Positions 57,296-64,000 of a stretch of DNA of 64,000 nt are shown here, piece after piece (the stretch's first letter is position 1; the number at the start of each line of letters is the position of its first letter). Position numbers and translations under genes: made by a program. The notes under the pieces are model-generated. The model was not told where the DNA came from, did not search any database, and was given only the letters and a program-made list of their open reading frames with translations. Origin of the DNA: Acutalibacteraceae bacterium. Its GTDB lineage: Bacteria > Bacillota > Clostridia > Oscillospirales > Acutalibacteraceae. The stretch is from contig JAZUDP010000159.1 in assembly GCA_045639705.1 (NCBI GenBank), forward strand, positions 335-64,334, written 5' to 3'.

Positions 57296-59029
57296 ATGAG
57301 CAATCCGAAGGGAAAAACAATACCGAATACAATAACGATGTATCTTGTCATTTTCGCGCTGTACTGTATTGATGTTTTCTTTCTGCAGTCAGACCGTTCG
57401 GTTCTCGGCGACGCATTTTATTCAAGAATAGTCGGTCTTACAGTGCTTTTCGTATACATATGGCTGAAAAAGGATTCTGTATCCGTTTTAGGCATAAGCA
57501 AAAAAAATGAAAAATTCAAAACAGGCGTAATCTGCGGCACTGTTTTTTCGGTTCTTCCGCTTTTTGCAGTAATAGTTGTTGAGGCTCTTTTTATCCTTAT
57601 CAGCGATAAAAGCGCTTTTGACCTCCAGTTTTCGCCGCCGAGTCTTAAATTTGTCCACGATATAGAAAATCTTACCCCGTCAACCGCTGTTCTTATTTAT
57701 ATTTTCACAAGCTTTGTCGGCTCAATTTTCAAAGAATTTACATTCAGAGGATATATTCTCAAAAAGCTGAAAAAGGTTCTCGATTTTGAACGGGCTAATG
57801 TATTCCAGGCTGTTCTTTACATGTTTATGACCATGCCGATGCTTCTCAGAAATCAGGTTATGGGCTATTATGACAAGACAACCTCAAGCGTTATTGTATT
57901 CATCGTATTTTTCTACATCGTCCACGAAACAATTGCAGGTATCAAATGGGGTCTGCTTACGCGGGTTACAGGCGCAACCTATGCCGCCATTATTGACCAT
58001 TTCCTTTTTGTTTTACTTGCAAACAGCATCTACATCACCGACAGATATGTAACATGGTCCTTCATGGCACATATGCTTGCGGTGCAGCTTATTTCATTTG
58101 TGCTTGTACTGATATACTACAAGAAAAATATTAATAAAATCGAAGAAAAAAGCAGCGAAAATACAGACGGCAAAAAAGAAGCCGAAGAAAACGAAAAGAA
58201 AGAAAAAGTTGACAGAAAGCTTAATGAAATCAGTGAGATAAGCGCGATTCAGTATAAAGCGATTGTTGACGAAGCAGACGGAAAGAACTTCTCCCGCAGC
58301 GAGGCTCCGTCCGAGGATACGGCTGTTTTCAACGTTCCGGATACAGATGACGCACATTCGTCAGGCAGCTCGGGTTCCCATCATCACCACCATCATCATC
58401 ACCATCACAGCTCAGACTCACATTCGCATTCTCATTCTCATTCACATTCACATTCTCATAATCACTCTCATTCGGGAAAATCCGAAGAACACTCCGGTAC
58501 CTCCGAAAGGAAGAAAACGGCAGAAACGCACAATACTGCCGCGGCTGACAGCAGACATTCCGTTGAGGAGCATAGCAAATCGGATACAGACAATACCTTC
58601 GGCTTTGAGGATGAAAGCATTGATGATTTCCTTAAGAATTTTGACGAAAACGTGGAAAGATCACATCATCACAGTCATCATCATACACACGAGGATACAT
58701 TTGACGAAAGCACGGAGATAACCGAAGGCTTCGACGCGGACAAGTATCTCATGGATTATCAGAGACACAGCGAATCAAGACATTCATCATCGCATCATCA
58801 TTCGTCCGCGCATTCCGATTCCCACCATTCGCATTCACATTATTCCTCCGAGCATCATCATTCGACGCATTCCGAATACAGCGGCTCATCGCATCATCAC
58901 CATTCGGATGAGCATTCACATTCTTCTCAGAGCATACCTGTTCCGCCTCTGTCGGAATATGAAAAGGTTGAATCGGAAATTAATTATGCAGACAGCATTG
59001 AAGAGAAACACAGCAGACACAACACCTGA
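57296..59029 (+). CDS. CPBP-family (CAAX/Abi) intramembrane protease domain fused to a ~300-aa acidic/His-rich cytoplasmic tail
   Basis: About 7 TM helices with CPBP-like motifs (SIFKEFTFRGY; IDHFLFVLLANS). The tail contains His10, (His-Ser) repeats and further HHH clusters. Confidence 0.75.
   Translation: MSNPKGKTIPNTITMYLVIFALYCIDVFFLQSDRSVLGDAFYSRIVGLTVLFVYIWLKKDSVSVLGISKKNEKFKTGVICGTVFSVLPLFAVIVVEALFILISDKSAFDLQFSPPSLKFVHDIENLTPSTAVLIYIFTSFVGSIFKEFTFRGYILKKLKKVLDFERANVFQAVLYMFMTMPMLLRNQVMGYYDKTTSSVIVFIVFFYIVHETIAGIKWGLLTRVTGATYAAIIDHFLFVLLANSIYITDRYVTWSFMAHMLAVQLISFVLVLIYYKKNINKIEEKSSENTDGKKEAEENEKKEKVDRKLNEISEISAIQYKAIVDEADGKNFSRSEAPSEDTAVFNVPDTDDAHSSGSSGSHHHHHHHHHHSSDSHSHSHSHSHSHSHNHSHSGKSEEHSGTSERKKTAETHNTAAADSRHSVEEHSKSDTDNTFGFEDESIDDFLKNFDENVERSHHHSHHHTHEDTFDESTEITEGFDADKYLMDYQRHSESRHSSSHHHSSAHSDSHHSHSHYSSEHHHSTHSEYSGSSHHHHSDEHSHSSQSIPVPPLSEYEKVESEINYADSIEEKHSRHNT
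58379..58474 (+). repeat. Coding CAY / (CAT-TCN)n microsatellite-like tract encoding His10-SSD-(SH)7-NHSHS
   Basis: Ten consecutive CAT/CAC codons (58379-58408) are followed by alternating TCN/CAT codons. Confidence 0.95.
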
Positions 59030-59142
59030 CCGGAATGAGTCCAGCGGTAAATCAAACATTTTAATCTGAAAACAAGGAAGCGGGTGATGCAAAAACATCA
59101 GCCGCGGTGTCATAATTAAAATAAATTGAATTTATAAATAAA

Positions 59143-59421
59143 TTATGCCTCTTCCTTCATCTTTGCAAAGCACTCGCTGCAATATACGGGACGGTCCTCT
59201 CTCGGACGGAAAGGAACTCGTGCGGGACCGCCGCAGTTAGCGCATGTTGCGTCAAACATTTCGCGCTCGCCGCGAACAGCGTTCTTTCTTGCATCACGGC
59301 ACTTCTTGCAGCGCTGAGGCTCGTTAACGAAACCCTTTTCTGCATAGAATTCCTGCTCACCTGCTGTGAAGATAAATTCTTCGCCGCAATCCTTGCAAAT
59401 TAATGTCTTGTCTTCGTACAT
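59143..59421 (-). CDS. Small zinc-ribbon protein with two CxxC pairs per half (zf-trcl-like)
   Basis: LICKDCGEEFIFTAGEQEFYAEKGF.NEPQRCKKCR...ATCANCGGPARVPFRP.EDRPVYCSECF. Confidence 0.8.
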   Translation of the reverse strand: MYEDKTLICKDCGEEFIFTAGEQEFYAEKGFVNEPQRCKKCRDARKNAVRGEREMFDATCANCGGPARVPFRPREDRPVYCSECFAKMKEEA

Positions 59422-59477
59422 GATTTTTACCTCGCTATTATTTTTTTCTGCGCACGGACTCTGCCGTTACGCACCTT

Positions 59478-60044
59478 TTACGGTATCCATTTTTCCCTGA
59501 GTTTTCTCCTTGCCCTCTGCAATGCATTGTCAACGGATTTTTCACTTATTCCGAGTGTCTCGGCAATATATGAATTCCCGTGTCCTGCGGTATGAAGCCT
59601 GAGCGTTTCTCTTTCCATTTCTGAAAGTACGGATTTAATCAGCTCCGACAGCTCCGCAATTCCGTCCTGCATGTTCAGAAGAACCTGGGGATCGGTACTG
59701 ACATCAGTTGCTTCATCAATCTCGTCAAACGGAACATATGTGTTAAGAGGCATATGCTTCCTTGCAGATTGTTTTTCCACAGCCTTGCTGATACCGTTTG
59801 AGATGCAGGCAGATGCATAGGTTCTGAAACCTGCGCCGCCCTGTTCGCTGTATCCGTATACAGCACCAAGCAGACCTATCATGCCCTCCTGTATCAGATC
59901 GCTTCTTGTAAGCGGACAGCGTCCGACATTCCTTGAAGCAATAATTTCTACAACCGGAGCAAGCTGAGCAACGATTTCATTCATCGCTGTCTTGTCGCCG
60001 CTGCGAGCCCTCTGAACAAGATTTTCTAAGGAAATTCTGCTCAT
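59478..60044 (-). CDS. Sigma-70-family RNA polymerase sigma factor, SigH-like
   Basis: Region 2 (DLIQEGMIGLLGAV) and ...SARKHMPLNTYVPF... resemble the SigH pattern ...QEGMIGL...RQKHIPLNSYVSL. The region 4 HTH is NSYIAETLGISEKSVDNALQRARRKL. Confidence 0.8.
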   Translation of the reverse strand: MSRISLENLVQRARSGDKTAMNEIVAQLAPVVEIIASRNVGRCPLTRSDLIQEGMIGLLGAVYGYSEQGGAGFRTYASACISNGISKAVEKQSARKHMPLNTYVPFDEIDEATDVSTDPQVLLNMQDGIAELSELIKSVLSEMERETLRLHTAGHGNSYIAETLGISEKSVDNALQRARRKLREKWIP

Positions 60045-60257
60045 CGGGACACCTCACAGGATTAAGATACATCTACATAATAACTTATTATTTTTCTAAA
60101 GTCAACAAAAAAACAGTTTTTAAAAAAAATTTGGCTGTAACGCCAAATAATAACATACTGTTTTGTGCAGTATTACATAACATAATGTCATATTAATAAA
60201 TTTAATATAACAAATGCACAAATATGTACATTTTAAAATACTAAAATTGAATTATTC

Positions 60258-60285
60258 TTGCAATAAGCTGAAAAGCATGTATAAT
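60258..60285 (+). promoter_or_regulatory. Putative sigma-A promoter of truB
   Basis: TTGCAA, 16 nt, then an extended -10 TGTATAAT. Confidence 0.5.
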
Positions 60286-60323
60286 ATATCTTATATTTTC
60301 ACACAAGCGAACGGAGTGTTCTG

Positions 60324-61214
60324 ATGACAGGATTCATTTTTTTAGACAAGCCCGAGGGCATCACCTCTTTCACGGCCGTCAATAAGGTAAGGCGGATACT
60401 CGGCGTAAAGAAAGCCGGTCATACGGGAACTCTTGACCCGATGGCAACGGGAGTACTGCCCGTCATGCTCGGCGGAGCGACACGTTTTTCCCAGTATCTT
60501 CCCGTCCACGATAAAGCCTACCGTGCGGAAATCCTGCTCGGCACCGTTACGGACACTCTTGACACTACCGGCGAAATTACCGAAACAAATGAAGTGAATG
60601 TCACGCAGGATGAAATCGAAAAAACAGTTAAATCCTTCACAGGAAACATAAAACAGTATCCCCCGATGTATTCCGCGGTATCGAAGGACGGAGTAAGACT
60701 TTACAAGCTGGCGCGTCAGGGTATTGAAATCGAACGCGAGGCACGGGATATTACAATATATAACATAAATATCTGCGAACCGCTCAGGGACAAACGCTTC
60801 AGCATTGATGTCGCCTGCTCGGCGGGAACATATATCCGCTCCCTTGCCGACGACATAGGAAGGAGCCTTGGCTGCGGCGCGGTTATCAGTGCGCTCAGAA
60901 GGACAGAGGCAAATTCGGTTTCAATTCAGCAGACGGTTACCCTTGAGGAGCTTGAAAAGGCTGTCAGCGAAAACAGAGCCGGTGAGCTTATCACGCCATG
61001 TGACAGAATGCTTGCGGATTACCCTGCCGTAAATGTCAGCGAAAAACAGTCCTCACGCTTCACAAACGGCGGTGAGCTTGACCTTGCAAGGATTAAAAGC
61101 TGTACCGCAGACGGCCTCTGCAGAGTTTATTCTCCCGACGGAGCTTTTCTCGGACTCGGAAACGTTAAAAAAGCAGACGGCATTCTTGCCGTTGAAAAAA
61201 TACTCGTATACTGA
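60324..61214 (+). CDS. truB: tRNA pseudouridine(55) synthase
   Basis: GFIFLDKP.G.TSF..V.KVRR......KAGHTGTLDPMATGVLPV is the catalytic-Asp motif region. 296 aa. Confidence 0.95.
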   Translation: MTGFIFLDKPEGITSFTAVNKVRRILGVKKAGHTGTLDPMATGVLPVMLGGATRFSQYLPVHDKAYRAEILLGTVTDTLDTTGEITETNEVNVTQDEIEKTVKSFTGNIKQYPPMYSAVSKDGVRLYKLARQGIEIEREARDITIYNINICEPLRDKRFSIDVACSAGTYIRSLADDIGRSLGCGAVISALRRTEANSVSIQQTVTLEELEKAVSENRAGELITPCDRMLADYPAVNVSEKQSSRFTNGGELDLARIKSCTADGLCRVYSPDGAFLGLGNVKKADGILAVEKILVY

Positions 61215-61225
61215 TGAGGTAAAAT

Positions 61226-62134
61226 ATGAACTGGTTTGTTCTTTCAGTGATTGCACTGCTGTGCTGGAGCTTTTCCGATCTTTTTTCAAAAATCGGATGC
61301 GGCGACCCCGGCGAAAAACACAATCCGCTTAAAATGGTGACAGCCGTTGGCCTTGTCATGGGCATACACGCGCTGTACACTCTGATATTTACCGATACGC
61401 CGTTTGACTTTCATACGGTGCTGACATATCTGCCTGTTTCCCTTCTTTATATCTCTTCGATGACAATAGGCTATATCGGACTGCGTTTTATCGAGCTTTC
61501 GATTTCCTCCCCTATCTGCAATTCCTCGGGAGCAATAGTATTCCTTCTGTGTCTCGCCATTCAGAATACCGTGCTTGAAAAGGCGCAGATTGCCGCTGTC
61601 GCACTTGTAATAATCGGTGTAATCGGACTCGGCGTTTCGGAAATGACCGAGGATGACGAGCTTCGCGCGGCACGGCAGGAAATAAGCAATTACAAATACT
61701 CCAAAAGCGTTGTCGCAATTCTTATACCCGTAATTTATTCGCTGCTTGACGCTCTCGGAACCTTTGCGGACAGCATTGTGCTTGAAAAGCTTGACGAGGA
61801 CGCCGCAAACACGGCATATGAGCTTACGTTTTTCTTATGCGGAGCAATTGCGTTTATTTATGTAAGATTTATCAAAAAGGAAAAATACAGCATAAAAAAA
61901 GAAGCCCCCAAGTATGCGGGAGCTTTGTTTGAAACTGCGGGTCAGTTTGCTTATATATACGCTCTTGCCGATGAGCAGCATGTTGCGCTTTCGGCGCCGA
62001 TTATTTCATCGTACTGTGCCGTATCGGTTATCTGGGGCAGAATTTTCCTTAAAGAAAAGCTTTCCCTGAAGCATTACATATGTATCGGAACAGCGCTTGT
62101 CGGCATTGTGATTATCGGATTTTATGACGCATAA
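61226..62134 (+). CDS. EamA/DMT-superfamily transporter
   Basis: Ten predicted TM helices in two halves, and a GAGGT Shine-Dalgarno. Confidence 0.75.
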   Translation: MNWFVLSVIALLCWSFSDLFSKIGCGDPGEKHNPLKMVTAVGLVMGIHALYTLIFTDTPFDFHTVLTYLPVSLLYISSMTIGYIGLRFIELSISSPICNSSGAIVFLLCLAIQNTVLEKAQIAAVALVIIGVIGLGVSEMTEDDELRAARQEISNYKYSKSVVAILIPVIYSLLDALGTFADSIVLEKLDEDAANTAYELTFFLCGAIAFIYVRFIKKEKYSIKKEAPKYAGALFETAGQFAYIYALADEQHVALSAPIISSYCAVSVIWGRIFLKEKLSLKHYICIGTALVGIVIIGFYDA

Positions 62135-62788
62135 TCATTTTTCGATTTTATCAATCAGCTTTCCGAAAAACGAAATCATCGGTGCGTTGGCAAAGGTTAC
62201 AATAACCGTTCCTATACCGATTCCCGTCAGCCCTTTTGTGAGAACAAGCGAAAGTACAACGGAAATGACAAGCATAACAATATCGTTGCCCAGCTTCACT
62301 CTGTCAAGCTTCAGAGTGAAGCTTTTTGATATCTCGCTCACGATAAATTCGTAAACCTGCGGCGGCAGAGAGGTTCTGAAAACAAAAGCAATCGCAAGTG
62401 ATATAACAGGCGCGCCGATAACAAACGCAACAATCCGCATTGCAAGGCTTTCGTAAGGCGCATTTCCGCCGAGGAGAAGAAAACATCCGTCAATAACAAA
62501 GCCCGAAATCACGGCGGTCAGAAAAGAAAGCAGTCCCTTTGCCCTGAACTTTCGTATAATAATACAGAGAACAAAGAAAAGGAAAGCCTCCCATATGTAT
62601 TCCGAGGTTCCCTGCGTATACCACGGCAGAATTTCACGCAGCCTGACATGGATAATGTACGGAGGCGCCGCAATCATCGAAAGGCCGAAATCAGCCTTGG
62701 TACACAGACAGATTCCGAACGAGCAAAGAAAAACGGCAAGAATCCAGTTAATAATATTATAAATGTTTTTTCTGTTCACCAATCTCAA
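62135..62788 (-). CDS. Polytopic membrane protein (YczE/YitT-like, DUF6198-type)
   Basis: 217 aa with ~6 TM helices. TTG start with a GAGGA Shine-Dalgarno. The family assignment is tentative. Confidence 0.6.
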   Translation of the reverse strand: MRLVNRKNIYNIINWILAVFLCSFGICLCTKADFGLSMIAAPPYIIHVRLREILPWYTQGTSEYIWEAFLFFVLCIIIRKFRAKGLLSFLTAVISGFVIDGCFLLLGGNAPYESLAMRIVAFVIGAPVISLAIAFVFRTSLPPQVYEFIVSEISKSFTLKLDRVKLGNDIVMLVISVVLSLVLTKGLTGIGIGTVIVTFANAPMISFFGKLIDKIEK

Positions 62789-63040
62789 CAGTCCTCATAC
62801 AGCATTTTGCTGTATGATTCTATCACAAAGCAGATCAAGATTCAATAAATATTCCTTTTTGTCATGTGAAACCTTAATTTTTGTTTAAGTAAACAAAAAT
62901 CCGCGGATTACAAGATGCCAATATTTGTTATTATGCCCTTAATCTTGTGAATATAATAAACAAATTTCAATCTGATGCAATAAATATATTGTACAAATAG
63001 ACAAAATCGCTTAAACTTGCGTTCAGAAATAAAAAAAGTG

Positions 63041-63068
63041 TTGCATTATTATAATTTTGTGTTATTAT
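63041..63068 (+). promoter_or_regulatory. Putative sigma-A promoter of the peptidase / radical SAM unit
   Basis: TTGCAT, 16 nt, then an extended -10 TGtTATTAT. Confidence 0.45.
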
Positions 63069-63140
63069 ATTAGAAACAAATAGGTCAAATGGGATTATTA
63101 TGTCCATTTGCATTTGTTATTCTGAAAAAACTGAACGGCA

Positions 63141-63644
63141 GTGATTGTTTTGGACGGTGTTACCCGCTCTGTTTCAATTAAAGACTGGTGTGAGCTTGCC
63201 CGTACAGGCGAGGTTATGCCGATAAGAATTCAGCTGAACGGGAAAAGCATGGAACCGCTTATCAGAATGAACCTTGATTATGTTACAATTGTTCCGCTCA
63301 GACGCGAGCCGCAGAAAAGCGACATTGTAATGTTTCTCGATGTTAAGAACCGCTACTGCGCCCACCGTGTAAAACGGGTTAAGGACGGCAAAGTTCTTAC
63401 AATCGGCGATAACTGTTATCAGTATGACCCGTGGACAGAAAGATGCAGGGTTTACGGTCTGATTACTTCACTTGAACGTGACGGAAAGACATACAGTCTT
63501 GATTCCCGTTTTTTCAGATTCTACGGAAAAGTCAGAATGATTGAATTCCCTCTGAGGAAATTCAATCACACGGCTTTTCTCAAGCTTTGGTCAGTTTATG
63601 TTAAGCTTTTCAAAAAAGACAGAGGAGGTAAATCCGATGCCTGA
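63141..63644 (+). CDS. Soluble S24/S26-family Ser-Lys peptidase (catalytic domain only)
   Basis: NGKSMEPLI (nucleophile Ser), DIVMF, and HRVKRV (general-base Lys). There is no TM helix and no HTH. The start is uncertain: GTG 63141 per the track, or ATG 63216 with an AGGCGAGG Shine-Dalgarno. Confidence 0.75.
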   Translation: MIVLDGVTRSVSIKDWCELARTGEVMPIRIQLNGKSMEPLIRMNLDYVTIVPLRREPQKSDIVMFLDVKNRYCAHRVKRVKDGKVLTIGDNCYQYDPWTERCRVYGLITSLERDGKTYSLDSRFFRFYGKVRMIEFPLRKFNHTAFLKLWSVYVKLFKKDRGGKSDA

Positions 63645-64000
63645 CGAAAAGATTCCCGAAAGCCTGCCCGAATATGTCGCATGGCTTAAAAATCAAAGCA
63701 TAGACCCAAAGGACTATTCAAGATTTATTGACCGGTTCCTTGATTTCAAGGCGCGTGGAAAAGGTATTCCTCTTCACGGAAAGTTTGAGCTTACCCCCCT
63801 CTGCAATCTTGACTGTAAGATGTGCTATGTTCATCTGAACAAAGCTCAGATGAAATCGGCAAAGCTGCTTCCGGTTGAAACATGGAAGTCGCTCGCAGAC
63901 TCCGCCATAAAAATGGGTATGATGAAAATCGAACTCACGGGCGGTGAATGTCTCACCTATCCCGATTTTGACGAGCTTTACCTTTATCTTCACAGCTTCG
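63637..64000 (+). CDS. Radical SAM protein (peptide-maturase/SPASM-like style), 3'-truncated by window edge
   Basis: The ATG follows a GGAGG Shine-Dalgarno and overlaps the peptidase stop (ATGCCTGA). The translation is MPDEKIPESLPEYVAWLKNQSIDPKDYSRFIDRFLDFKARGKGIPLHGKFELTPLCNLDCKMCYVHLN...IELTGGECL, with a CxxxCxxC cluster motif. The frame stays open to the window end, so it is absent from the ORF track. Confidence 0.85.
   Translation, partial: MPDEKIPESLPEYVAWLKNQSIDPKDYSRFIDRFLDFKARGKGIPLHGKFELTPLCNLDCKMCYVHLNKAQMKSAKLLPVETWKSLADSAIKMGMMKIELTGGECLTYPDFDELYLYLHSF

Noticed and set aside
58370-58420. GSSGSHHHHHHHHHHSS resembles an engineered His-tag, raising the possibility of vector contamination.
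   Set aside because: There is no flanking vector-like sequence and no protease site. The codons are mixed CAT/CAC. The tract is embedded in a longer native His/Ser-rich tail with several further His clusters, and it is contiguous with a membrane-protein gene.
58409-58474. A short tandem repeat that might be mistaken for a CRISPR-like or non-coding repeat array.
   Set aside because: The units are only 6 nt, in frame and coding (Ser-His), with no spacers. It is a coding microsatellite.
62915-62950. An 11-codon hydrophobic mini-ORF (MPIFVIMPLIL) in the AT-rich intergenic region.
   Set aside because: It has no Shine-Dalgarno, lies upstream of the predicted promoter, and is of a length expected by chance in AT-rich DNA.

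Overview
This is a 64-kb chromosomal segment with Firmicutes/Clostridia hallmarks: cdaA-cdaR, comEC, holA, a T-box leader, a CIRCE operator, a SigH-like sigma factor and a YgiQ radical SAM gene. I support about 56 protein-coding genes, one tRNA-Val(GAC), one T-box riboswitch, one CIRCE operator, and several sigma-A-type promoters and intrinsic terminators. All product calls rest on motifs I recognise in the translations; no homology search was run.

Positions 1-21.7 kb are entirely minus-strand housekeeping genes: prmC, a WalRK-like two-component system, cdaA/cdaR, ispF, holA, comEC, alaS and ftsK. Many have overlapping stop and start codons. The middle of the window holds metabolism and stress genes: the T-box-controlled metY-metA pair, CIRCE-controlled htpG, a seven-gene tightly coupled array of poorly characterised genes, and an mtaD-acetyltransferase-mtnA operon.

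I found no CRISPR array, rRNA, transposase, integrase or recognisable defence genes. Two regions look accessory:
- **49.9-59.0 kb:** a B12-radical-SAM / zinc-ribbon membrane protein / PfkB kinase operon, a 729-aa orphan cytoplasmic protein, an FkbM methyltransferase, and a CPBP protease with an extreme His-rich tail.
- **63.0-64.0 kb, cut by the window edge:** a strong promoter, a tiny CxxxCxxxC ORF, a soluble S24/S26 peptidase and a radical SAM enzyme, which together look like a candidate RiPP-like locus.

A 108-nt rod-like hairpin at 27157-27264 has strand-specific G-U pairing and is an unexplained non-coding structure. None of the novelty candidates can be confirmed from sequence alone.
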